From: Marsupella aquatica
Taxonomy: Eukaryota; Plantae; Marchantiophyta
Reading direction: 5' to 3'
Length of the DNA stretch: 64,000 nt
Assembly: GCA_973895155.1 (NCBI GenBank)
Contig: OZ316897.1
Span: forward strand, 4,729,976-4,793,975
The notes below the pieces were generated by a model. The model saw only the letters and a program-made list of their open reading frames with translations. It did not search any database and was not told where the DNA came from. Positions 52,849 to 64,000 of this stretch are shown one piece after another (the first letter of the stretch is position 1; each line of letters opens with the position of its first letter). The position numbers and the translations under genes were made by a program.

Positions 52849-53441
52849 ATGGATTTTAATAGACAACCCGTAAATGTACCGGAGTTAGATTTGAATAGGC
52901 TTCCTAATAATGTATCTTATTTTCCTTCATCTATTGACATTAGAGTGGTATGTCGTAAGAAGGTTGATTGTAGAGATGTTTTAGTTAGAAAGTATGGAGA
53001 TGAAAAATACAATGTTATGCTTAGGATGTCAGAGCCTGTGATTATATCATCTATGGTAATTCTTAAGATCATAGTCTTTATTTTTTATAATTGACTTATC
53101 TAATTGTAGGATTCGTTGGAAATTGCAATCTCAGGGGGGGTCACTTCCATGGAAGTGGCATATCATGTGCGACGAAGTATAGGGCCATTTAAATGGTTTT
53201 GGCGAAAGACTTATTAAGTCTTCTATGGAAATATAGGGTTATTTAATTACAAAATGCATATGTGTCATCACATGATTGGTGCCGTACAACTTTCTAGAAA
53301 GTGACTTAAGGGGGTCATAAATGACCCAAACCGTCGCATGTGATGTATGACCCTTCATATAGTGATCCCCCCGAGATTGCAATCTATGACTTGACTTGGG
53401 TTATGTGGAAAGAGGATAGGCCGATTCAAGGCTTAGTATGA
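52849..53441 (+). pseudogene. Two-exon gene fragment (DLNxxP motif) disrupted by a MITE
   Basis: Exon 52849-53055, then a 54-nt GT-AG intron, then an exon from 53110. Removing the MITE and one TSD restores DSLEIAIYDLTWVMWKEDRPIQGLV*. Confidence 0.55.
53130..53375 (+). mobile_element. MITE, 8-bp-TSD family (TIR CTYGGGGGG.TCACT), 246 bp
   Basis: Perfect TSD ATTGCAAT at 53122-53129 and 53376-53383. Confidence 0.92.
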
Positions 53442-55632
53442 GGAAGCCGCTCATCGTAGAGTGGGACAAAGGCTGTGATACTCATGATCACTCTAACAAA
53501 GGCTGTGATACTCATGATCTCTCTAATTCTTGACGAATACTCCCAATGTCACAAATCAAAAAGCTAGAGAGATTGAAAACCTCATGATCTCTTTAGTATC
53601 ATGAAAAAATCTAACATAAAATTTGTCAATGTCGGACTCAATGTTGGAAAGCTGAAAGAATTCATGAACTTATGATCAAAATTTCTTATTGTCACACTCA
53701 TTGGAAAGACATAAGAATTTAACAACTCATTTGGAACTCGACAAAATTTGTCAATCTAAGGCTCATTGAAACCCTTTCTCAATTAAGAGATGTCACAATC
53801 TCATCACCATCACAAACTTAGCCGTTGCAAATTGATTTATTCGATTACATCATCATCGATTATCCGCAATGCTTGCTTCCCGACTTCAATTGTTCGCGTC
53901 CCTCTAGTCTTCAACTGAAGCTCACTCTAAACATAGGTTGACGTCAAATGCAACCTTTATGTTGAAGAAACAATTGTTGCTCTTCCCCCTCACACCATAA
54001 CTTTCTTAAACAAAAAAACCTACAAAACCTTCATGTGAAGTGATGGCTCGTTCGTTTTGTGCGTTCTTCCCACCAAAATGACCATCACTCTTTTGCCAAC
54101 AACTAAGTGTTGTACTCCAGTCTGTCTTGTGGCGGTAATGCTCAATATAACTCACAGATGATCAATCAAGAATGGTAGAAACACGATTTCTCCAATGTGT
54201 AAATGAAAACCGTAAAAAACTCAATTCCTCCATATTCAACCTTCCATTTGTCAAACCAGAGAGATCATATCAACCAGATCAATCTCCTCTATCTTTCAAA
54301 CGTTCTCTTTGTACGAGCACACACCAAGACCACCAGGAGACTCAAAACCATTGGTTACCGTCTGTTGAAAATTGATTTCACTTCATCACACACACATTCC
54401 TTGGATGAACATGGGGGTCCACGGATCAATTTGAGAAAATTCTTAAATCTTCTTTTAGAACCAATAAAGCAACCCTATGCTTCATTGCATGTGATGTGTC
54501 ATTTTGTGAAAATTAAACCCTCAAGAATGGTCTTAGGGATCCTAGATCATGATGAGCTTCTTATCAATATGTTTGGTTGCTATTGTAGACAATGAAGACC
54601 ATTGAGCAACGGTCATGTTAAGAAGCAAGTGCGACTTTGTATGAGAGTTGTCGTCGACAATGATAGAGGCATTGGGTTGCTTGCTCAAGGAGTTCCCTAT
54701 AGACATTTGGGCACCAAAGGGTACTTAGGCAAGGGTACTGGGATTGGTGAGGGCACTCGGTGGCAAGGTCCACCACTTCCAACATTGTTGATTCCAACAC
54801 CAAGCTCCTCTATGGTCTAGGCCCCCGGGACGGCCATCTAGTGGGGACTAAATATGGGGGGAAGTGGTGGACCTCGCCACCCAGTGCCCTCACCAATCCC
54901 AGCACCCGCGCCTAAGTGCTCTTGGTACCCGAACGCCTTCATAGAACTCCTTGAGCAAGTAACCTGGTCAGGAACTTGGCCCGGAACTTGGTACCTTGTG
55001 CACCTCTAGCGGCCACTCCCATACAAAGCTGCACTTGTTGGGCCCTAACGCAAACGTTGCTCAACGGTCCTCACTGTACGTCTACACAAGCAACCAAACA
55101 CCTAGGTAAGTAACCCATAAGATCTAGCGGGGGATCTAAGCCCTCCAAGACTAGCATCATAACTCAAGCTCAACAAACTTACATTGGTAAGTAGATCAGC
55201 GAATAGAACCTCTTGGCCCACCCTGGGCCCACATGGCCTAGCCATAAGCCAAAGCTAGAGCCAACACCCATTGTTCATCCTGAACAACCCCTCTTTGGAT
55301 GCTGCTCACGCTTCCCTACTTTATATCCGTCATTGGCTGACCGTTGTGCCCTCAAGACGTGCTCATGGCCCAATTAGCTTCTCGGGGGTTTCACTTCCAC
55401 AAAAATGGCACATCACGTGTGACAAAGTATAGGGTCATTTTATTGATTCAAAGGGAAGACTTAAGAATTTTTTGAGAAGAACAATAGGGTCTTTTAAATC
55501 AAATTTTGAGACTTATTAAAATAATAGGGTCCTTATCAACAAAATTTTGGAATATTCCATGAATATTCTAACTTTATAGGGGTTGAAAAATTAAAAAAAA
55601 TCTTACATTTTATGGGGTCTGAGGCCTAAAAA

Positions 55633-58600
55633 CACTAGAAGAATCCGAGGTGAATTGAGATCGCAATATGTGACTCATTTTGGCTCATGTGACTTCATTG
55701 TGACTCAACGTGACTTGACCCACGCTACGACCCTTGGAGTTGCAAAAGTTGAGACCAAAAAATAGAAGTCACTATTGATACTGAGCTTTGCAACTTGCTT
55801 GATACCCATTTGTGACTGATCTGTGACTTTATTGTGGAGTCTAGCCTTGTTTCTACGTGACTGCAATATGACTTCAGCGAGTCACATCGTAAGTCACATA
55901 CATGATTGACTTACCCGCATTCAACAACGACTAGCGTGTGACCATTTAGTGTCACAGGAGAGACCAATGGAGAACCTGGCCCGCGTCACACAATAGAACC
56001 ATTTGGGACTCTATATACTCATGTTTATAACTAATAAGGTTCACATGCAAGTTATAACCATGACTAATGAACACAGAGGGACAGTTCATAAGGAGAGAGA
56101 GCACTCCACATTACAATACATAGAAACCTGATGTTCTAACTTTAGAAATATAAGACATTGAATACAAGAAATGAACATAGCATGAATGACATCCACATGA
56201 AACAAAGCATCATATAAGCAGATCCTACATAAAACATTCATAAGAATTAAACACAATCACAATCTTGGTAAAAAATGAAGATCATTTGAATTCCAATGGA
56301 ATAGTTTACAATGTGATCAATGTAATTCAGACAAAATAGGAACTCATAATTGATGACTGCAGGATGAGATAACTGAAAGCACATGCATGATACTATGAAT
56401 CTCCAAGAGGACATGATTCTTGTGCTGCTTCTTGACATCTAAAATCTACATAACATGACTCACACTACAAACAAATAATGGCATGACATTGTTATGGATC
56501 CTCTATGAACTTGCTTGGCCATAATACCAAAGAACCTACAGCATCTCCAAGTGTCTTTTGAGGAGGATCATCATTTGTGGCCTCAAGTCCAAGTCGTCAG
56601 CTTGCACGCGCAACTCCCTAAACCTACACACAATGGAAGCTTAGCTCACCAACAACTTGTAGAAACAATGACCTCCCCTCTAAAACTGATAAAAACACCT
56701 GAATACAAATAGTGAAGCACGAGGACAGAACGGGGAGAAGCGTTTTGCAATTTGGGACGACAATGCTAGGAGTATATACACATCGGGCAATAGGGAGGTC
56801 CAATAACAGTTTGAATCTGACGGATGAAGCTCTAGGCAAATGAGCTCCAGGAGATTGGGTGCATGATTGAGCAGGCGATTGTAACAGCAGGCACCAGGCG
56901 ATTGAAGGAAGCAGCATTCGGCAATGGACCTAGGCAGCTCGCGAATTTTGCTCAGCAGCGATGTCACCTAGACCCTAAACACGCAATGCATACATCACCT
57001 AGACAACTATACTTGCAACCACGAGGTGAGTCCACGATAGGGGATTGAAGGAAGCAGCAAGTCAAGCAGGAAGTGTGGAGAGACCAATCAGTAAGCAAAA
57101 ATAGGGGAGAACAGACATACATCAGCAGCAGTAGGAAACAAAAAAGATGATACTCTGTTCCATCTTAGGGTCGGGGACACTACTGCAACACCGGGACTTA
57201 GGATATGACTTGTTTTTAAACTGGAGATAGCATCCGGCAGGCCGGCGACCCATGTCAAAAGGGCAGAGCAGCAATCCGCCATGTAGCGATAGATGAGAGC
57301 AGCGATTACGATGATGAAAGATGGTCGAAGCTGAAGCAAAACCCCTAAAGATGCAGCTTGGCCATACTCTCCTTCCTCACCTGATAGCGCTAGGCATTCA
57401 ACCTCCCTCTTCAATGAACCTCACAGCAACTTGAAGGTCGATAGATTTTACCTTGTCTCCTGAGCAGAAACGTCTGCATTAGCTGAACAGAGCCCGGAAC
57501 AGAGCTATCGCATTTAGCCTCCCGACTCCAAAATTGAATGCAACACAACCTCCAACTTCCAATGGCAGCTCAGTAGGTTGATCAGCTCGGTCAATGCAGG
57601 TCAGTCGACCTCAATAGCCACACTAGAAGCTCACCGCAAGTCACTCAAAGGTCAGACTAGAAGCTCCGCCGCCTTCACACCGTAGCAAAAAACAATGAGA
57701 CCAATAGCAATTACGACAAAGCTTCAAAATGGCAGGTGTGTTCTTCGATCCCCAACAGATTAGCATAGAAATCCCTTGCGCTTCTACCTCCCTCCTCGTT
57801 CTACCTTGGGCTCGAACAAAACTTCAAGGAGGAATAGGGTTCCGGTATGCACTGGACAAGAAGTCAGTGAGTGAGGGTCCCGTAGTCGACGTGAGAAAAG
57901 CCGAGAGTAAGCAGAGTGAGTGAGAGTAGTGGCAGCAGAAGACAAATCAGACGCGCACTCACGCACAATGCACCTCAACAGTGAACACAGAGAACTGAAC
58001 CTAGTGAGAGTCCAGGTCCTTTGCGTTGACATGAGCCGTCCTAAAGCAAATTGGACACAACACAATATTCCTCCGCCTAGCTCGCAGTGATCCTCCGCCT
58101 TGCTTGCAGTAACCAGCCTCTGCCTAGCTAGTTTGCACTGTCATGGCTGCAACTTTTTGTGCAATGACTTGGCCCTCCTGCCAACTGCGAGCTCCCAAAA
58201 GTATGTCGAGCAGATGTAGACTCAGGCACCACCTCGTAGAGCTCAACTCCAAGTCGGCAGCTCTCACTTGAAACTCAATAGCAGCTTAGCTCACCAGCAG
58301 GTTGAAAATGACAATGGACTCCCCTCAAAACTGATTGGCAGACCTCCACACTGACGCTCATAGCTGGCCAATCCTAAACACATTTGCACCCTAAAGTCCA
58401 GTCGCGCTCAAACACTTTCATTGCCCCCTGCAGGAAGTTCGCGACGAGTGCAGCTGGAATGAAGGTTGTCGACTCCCAATTTCCCTCGCAAAACCAACCT
58501 CCGCGGCACACTGACCCTGAACACTTAGGGCAAGTAGTACCCCCAAAATCTCTTGCAAAACCAACCTCCAAGGTACACTGACCCTGAGGGAAAGTAGTAC

Positions 58601-59164
58601 CCGTCACATGTGGGCAGCCATCGAGTGACTTAGCAAACAGGTTGGTTTGGACATAAAAGAACCAATGCAAATGACTTAGCAAAAAGTTCAATGTGGGGAG
58701 AGTGCACTTTGGTCAAGAGCAAGGCCAAATATAGTCAGGTATGAATCCACATTATAAGTGAAAGTACCCACCATTCTGATGAAAACCCCCATATTTATAC
58801 CCATTATATTTGGACTTATTGAACCATGAGTGTGCAATATGTAGTTGCACCGGGAGTTGCATATTAGGGATTGGCATCCGAAATTGGCTAATGGGGTATG
58901 CATGCTAACGGAATTTTAAAAATGATGTCCAATTCATATTGCACTATTGTGGAGTAACTAACATAACTTACCTATTTCTTACTTACCAGTGTTACAATAG
59001 CGACATTGGATAAAGTTGTAAGCATGACTTCCCACAACCTCACCAAAACTTAGTTGGTATGATGTAACTAACATGACACCCACAAACTTGGAGTCGCATA
59101 TTTATGAAGGTCTCGCACAAGTCACATAGGGGAGGGTCTCAGAATGGGTGGTTTTCTTCTAGTG
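55633..59164. mobile_element. Non-autonomous CACTA (EnSpm) element with captured gene fragments (Pack-CACTA)
   Basis: TIRs CACTAGAAGAA / TTCTTCTAGTG. 3-bp TSD AAA. Clustered GTGACT / AGTCRCA subterminal repeats at both ends. No transposase ORF. Confidence 0.9.
56560..58400 (-). pseudogene. Decayed leucine-rich-repeat coding fragments
   Basis: Peptides [40 protein letters not shown] and GLPISFEG in shifting frames. 56637-56700 and 58283-58347 are paralogous repeats. Confidence 0.65.
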
Positions 59165-59917
59165 AAATGTCGCAGGTGATGGGGAGGCATCCATATAGTG
59201 AGACCCCCGAGATTAGCTTAGCTTGTCCCAAACTTGTGCTAAAATGCTGAAACCAGATTGGCCCTGACTCTAACAACCAACTCTAAAGTTCTTGCTCAAC
59301 TGATAGTCTAGGGGCCAAGTGCAATTGGAACTCAACCTACATGTTGACTTTGCTTTGCCTTCCCAATGCAAGCTCTTGTGGGAAACTGAATGCGGCTTGG
59401 TTGTTGTTTCGGCAAGATTTGGCAAGCGAGCAAGATAGCCCCCCCAAACCACAAGAATCCATGGCACCCCCAGACCCAGTTGAGCTAAGGAGGATATAGT
59501 CTTTCTCAAGAGATTTCCAACATCCAAGAAGTCCCTAATGGACTTCCCATTGAGAAATTATCATCATTTCCATTTGGCATTTCCTCTTGGTGTCGCGACC
59601 ACCGCGGCTCATGACTTGGGCTCGCCCTTGGCCCCCAGTAGACACCACTCCCCTCATATATGCTTCTGGACACCAGCCACCCCCGGACCGGCTTTGGTCC
59701 CCTATATTTGGTCCCTAACCTACACTCCAACCCGTACGCATGAGCACACAACTAACTTGTTATGCCCATACCTTTCTAGCTAGACGTCCGTAGGTAGAGC
59801 GTCTTGGCCCGTTGTGATTGGGCCAACCCATTGCTCATGCCTAGGCCCTCAAAACATGTTGTCACTTGGGGTCTTGGACAGTTGCATCTAGGCCGCATGT
59901 ACCGTATCTCATGCGCC

Positions 59918-60244
59918 CTCGGGGGAGTCACTATATGGAGGGCCATACATCATGTGCGACGTTTTAGGGTTTGACCCCCTAACTTATAAGTGAAAAAAGA
60001 AATTTGCAAAACCCTTTCTTTCTTTAAATTTTATCATTTTTTACTAAAAAATCCCTAAAAACTTTAAAGAAAGTATGTTTTACAATTAAATAGGCCTATG
60101 TGTTCTTTAAAGTCGACTAGTCAATAAAACATGCCCTATGTTTTCTTTCGCCAAACTTTGGAAGTCTTCCGCCTCACCCATTTAAATGGGCCTATATTTT
60201 GTCGCACGTGATATGTCATTTTGGTGGAAGTGACCCCCCCCAAG
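59918..60244 (-). mobile_element. MITE, 8-bp-TSD family, 327 bp
   Basis: TSD catgcgcc / catgcacc. Close inverted copy of 62914-63240. Confidence 0.92.
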
Positions 60245-61447
60245 CATGCACCAAGCGTCCGTTGCGTATGAAGTAAACCTCGTTAGCCTTGGGCCCAAGA
60301 GGAGCTCTCCCTCAAGCCCTCAGAACTCAAAGCCCGTCTAGGGTCCGAACAATCCACCCTAAGCCTAGTCCCTTTCCATGACCTGACCAATCCCAGCTAG
60401 TCCAAGTCCTTAGTGTGCATCACCAGCTTAGCGCCTTGCCTTTGCTAGTGGAACGCCTTGTTGCCCACTAGTTTCTCCATATTTGGTCCCCATCGGATGG
60501 CCATCCCGGGGGCTTGGACCCTAGAGGAGCTTGGCGTTGGAGTCAGCAACACCGAAGCTAAGTGTTAAGTTAGTTGAGTTCAATGACTAGAAGCTTGTGG
60601 GCAAGGAAGCATTGCACTAGCAAAAGCGATATATGCATTAAGCTAGCGATGCACACAAGGGATTTAGACTAGCATTGGGAGCTGGTGGAGTCATGGGAAG
60701 GACCAAGTTTAGGGTAGACCTTCCAGACCCAAGATGGAATAAGAGTTCGCTCGGCTTGAGTGAGAGCTCCTCTCGGGCCCAAGTGCCTACTAGAAGTTCA
60801 GTTCATGTTGAACGGATGCTTGGTACACAAGAAATGGTGCGACTTGTCATCCAATTGATAATGAGTTTGGAGGGCCCGGGCAAGGGCACCGTGTTTGCCC
60901 AATCAAAATGGGCTTAAGCACTTCACCTACAAACATCTAATTAGAAAGTTATGGGCCTAGCAAGTTAGCTTCGTGTCTGACTAGTTGATTGGATTGGAGT
61001 CTAGGTATAGGGCCAAAAATAGGGGACCAAAGTTGGTTTAGGGGTAGCAGGTCTCCAAAAGCATATATGAGAGGAGTGGTTTCTCCCAGTGGGCCAGCGG
61101 CAAGCTCAAGCGGTGAAGCGCCACAGTCGCGCTACTAAAGGGAGACGTTGAACGGAAACAATGATATCTCCTCAATGGGAAGTCCATTGGAGTACTTCTT
61201 GGGTGCATTGGAAAGCTCTCAAGGAGGATCACATCCTTTTGATCTCAACTAAGTCTAAGGGTGCCTTTGGTCCTTACAATTTTCAAGGGCTATCTTGCCC
61301 GCTTACTAATCGTGCGCATGCAAGGACTGCATTGCCCTTGTGAATTATTGTTTGCACTCCAAGTCGACTCATCATGGCTTGTGTCCACACTAGCCATGAA
61401 AAAGTAGAAAACTTTCACTTAAGCTTGCACAACCCTTGACTCCCAAA

Positions 61448-63492
61448 CTTGGGGGATCACTGCATGAAGGGTCCTACATCACGTGCGACGTTAAGTGAAA
61501 TTATTATTTTTCTCGCCCTTATGTACTTTAAAGCAGCCATTTTTTACTATGTTTACCCCTAAAACACTTTAAGTAAAGTTTTATTTTGAATACGAAATAC
61601 CTATAAAGAAAAGATAAGTATCTCATAAGTTGGAGCCTAAAATTTTGCAATCATTCAATTTGTTTTGTCTTTAAACTCAATGCAATTTACTTCCCCTTTT
61701 CACTTGATAGTACATCCCACATCTCCTATATAGTCCATAGACCATGAAACTAAATAATAATACATATTATTTTGTGGTTGTTCAACCATAGACTTGTCTA
61801 TGTTGCTCTCTACACTCTCAAATAGTGTAGCATGGTGGGAACCATACACTATGAATAGGAAACTAGACATTGTTGGCTGCCTATTCAAGGCATCAGTTCT
61901 CTACCTTGCTTCACAAACCGTTGCATGACTGGAATTCTTTCATATAATGAAGGGGAATTGAGCCAATGAAAACTTACAACTCATTTGCTTGAGCTCATGG
62001 CCTCAGAGAAGAAGCACAGGTGACCTTCATGACAAGTCATTTGAATGCAAAAGAAAGGTCCTCCCAATATAAGTGGGGCATTGAACACCTCAACATTGGG
62101 CTTATCACGGGATTTTCATGGTTTTATGATAACATTGATGGAGTAAAATAATTACAAATTACATCCTAATCATTCTTTAAAACAACTAGCAATACTCTTA
62201 CTTGCAATTATAAACAACACTGAAAATAACACAAGGCAATACAAGACACACAAACCTCTCGGATATTTAAAAGTCAAGCTTTGAAGTTCCATCTTCACCA
62301 AGCCTCCCTTCCTGGTCTTATTGTCTTCCTTCTCTTCTCACACGTCCACATTAGAAATAATAACCATCTTGAGCCAAACAGAAAGGGCATTTAAACAAAC
62401 ACTAGCAAAACAGAGAGTAGGGCACGTACATGACAAATAAATAGTCTACTCTAACACCTCCACAATGCACTACAAGGTCCAATGGCAGACCTCCTAGCTA
62501 CCATTGTCCTTCCACAATCTTGTTATTATGACATCAAGCTCTATTTTTTGACCTTTGCCTGAAGCTCCAAAGTGTTTAAACTGAACATTGGAATTGGACA
62601 GTACGTTGGCTGCCACATAACTCCCTAACTTGAACCTCAAACCTGAATTTCAAAAACACCCTAGCCTAACCTAACCTAACCCTAAATTCCTACCAAAGTC
62701 ACAATGGCCTCCTTAGGGTATGCCCTTCCATGACCCTTTTGTAGCCCTCCAATATTAGTCGCAGCAATTGAGGCCCCATGAAATTGCTTAGCCACTAAAT
62801 ATAAAGGTGACACCCATGCATACTTTTAGCTATTTTCTTGGGAAAGGTTAAACAAAAATTAATATTATTTGGGACTACACATGTACCAATTGCATAGTGG
62901 TAAGTGTACCAATCTTGGGGGGGTCACTTCCACGGAAGTGACACATCACGTGCGACAAAGTATAGGCCCATTTAAATGAGTGTGGTGGAAGACTTCTAAA
63001 GTTTGGTGGAAGAACACATAGGGCATGTTTTATTGATTGGTTGACTTTAAAGAACACATAGGCTTATTTAATTGTAAAAAATATTTTCTTTAAAGTTTTT
63101 AGGGGTTTTTTAGTAAAAATGACAAAATTTAAAGAAAGAAAGGGTTTTGCAAAAAAACATTTTTCACTTATAAGTTAGGGGGGTCAAACCCTAAAACGTT
63201 GCACGCGATGTATGGCCCTCCATATAGTGACCCCCCCAAGGTATCAATTAGAACATGCCACATGTCCTATGTATGTACATGACGTAAAAAAATCCCTAAC
63301 TTTCTTAGACAATTTCATGGAATATGACCTATTTAATGAGGGCCTATTATTCTTTAAAGCGCATCCAAAATTTTAACAGGACCCTATTAATTGTTCTTCC
63401 ATAAAACTTTGAAAGTCTTTCTTCAGGACCATTTTAATGATCGTATACCATCGCACGTGATGTGGCACTTCCGTGGAAGAGACCCCCCCTCC
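61448..63492 (-). mobile_element. Larger (~1.7 kb net) member of the same TIR family, containing the MITE at 62914
   Basis: cttgggggatcact...catcacgtgcgac at the left end and tcgcacgtgatgtggcacttccgtggaagagacccccc at the right end. TSD not recognisable. Confidence 0.65.
62914..63240 (+). mobile_element. MITE, 8-bp-TSD family, 327 bp
   Basis: CTTGGGGGGGTCACT...AGTGACCCCCCCAAG termini. TSD gtaccaat / gtatcaat. Confidence 0.92.
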
Positions 63493-63521
63493 TTCCTCGA
63501 GGAGAAAATATGGCAAGGTGA

Positions 63522-64000
63522 TGTCACACCATTCTAGGTAGTGTTAGAGTGTATCGTACTATCTAGATCTGTATGTTTGGTATGTGTGCTACATGACCCG
63601 ATAAGGTTCCGTTAGGTTTGTGTGAGAGGGTAGTTCTCTCTTGTGAGGCATTAAAAGGTTATCTTTCAATGTTGAGCCTTGGAGAGAGAGGAGCTTGTGT
63701 GGTGGCTATGGTGGCTGAGAGCTCTCTCTCTATGTAGAGTGGATTCCTTGAGTACAAGGTGCATTGGCTTGACATACATGTGTGATCGGATCGGTGCGAG
63801 ATCGATGGGGTATTGTTGACCGAGATTGTTGTGCCGATTGTATTGAGATTACATTGAAAGATCAGGAGCTTCAAACTCTGTTGTGCGGACAGAATCTCAA
63901 TTTGAGTTTGTTGTTGACAATTCGTGGTAGCTCAAATCGATTGGATTTGTGTTTGACGCGGATTCATGTTTCTTGAGTCGTTGGTTCTATTGATTGAGTA
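63522..64000. mobile_element. Probable start of an LTR running off the window
   Basis: Begins TGTCACACC, a typical Gypsy LTR terminus, followed by GT-rich LTR-like sequence. The other end is not visible. Confidence 0.45.

Larger units (their letters stand above)
49926..54425 (-). mobile_element. Family A, copy 3, split by a ~3.0-kb insertion (50498 to ~53506)
   Basis: 49926-50497 and 53507-54425 are the reverse complement of 1837-3302, with ~13 bp missing at the break. Confidence 0.85.
55381..59211 (+). mobile_element. MITE of the 8-bp-TSD family, expanded by a nested CACTA
   Basis: CTCGGGGG...CCCCCGAG termini. Perfect TSD ATTAGCTT at 55373-55380 and 59212-59219. Confidence 0.92.
54861..60593 (-). 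mobile_element. Full-length family Y copy (~1.56 kb net) carrying two nested MITEs
   Basis: GAAG at both junctions (54861-54864 and 60590-60593). Segments 54861-55380, 59220-59917 and 60253-60593 are collinear with 24314-25770. Confidence 0.8.
54537..61308 (+). mobile_element. Partial head-to-tail family Y dimer (54537-54860 joined to 60594-61308), host of the nested insertions
   Basis: A Y 3' end runs directly into Y 5' sequence at ~54776-54790. aatatgggg (54851-54859) continues as gaagcttgtgggcaa (60590), matching the contiguous Y sequence at 24420-24445. Confidence 0.75.

Noticed and set aside
62659-62690. Interstitial telomere (cctaa/ccctaaa)
   Set aside because: Only 4-5 irregular units inside a TE, too short to call.

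Overview
Eukaryotic, repeat-rich land-plant genomic DNA. A non-seed plant (bryophyte, lycophyte or fern) is inferred from gene structure and TE content, not proven. Three host genes could be modelled by hand from GT-AG splice sites: a HIT zinc-finger gene (ZNHIT2-like, - strand, 6750-9476), RAD17 (- strand, 16770-21861) and an orphan secreted pre-pro-protein (+ strand, 45853-48442) with a repeated D[VI]SPPG[TM]W motif behind subtilase-type RxxL sites, a candidate new peptide-signal precursor. Most of the rest is transposable elements: a 332-bp TRIM with tRNA-like LTRs; a tRNA-SINE; solo LTRs; a Helitron remnant; an 8-bp-TSD MITE family; a Pack-CACTA carrying decayed LRR sequence; a TAA-flanked family ('A') with asymmetric ends; a ~1.5-kb TIR-less family ('Y') with CTTC at both ends in the best copy plus a 3' hairpin; and a 4.47-kb insertion ('X') with one intact ~600-aa ORF and no recognisable transposition enzyme. 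The 54.5-61.3 kb region is a four-level nested insertion. A tandem array of 27-nt micro-exon-like units lies at 14.4-14.7 kb. All calls were made by eye; no database searches were run.
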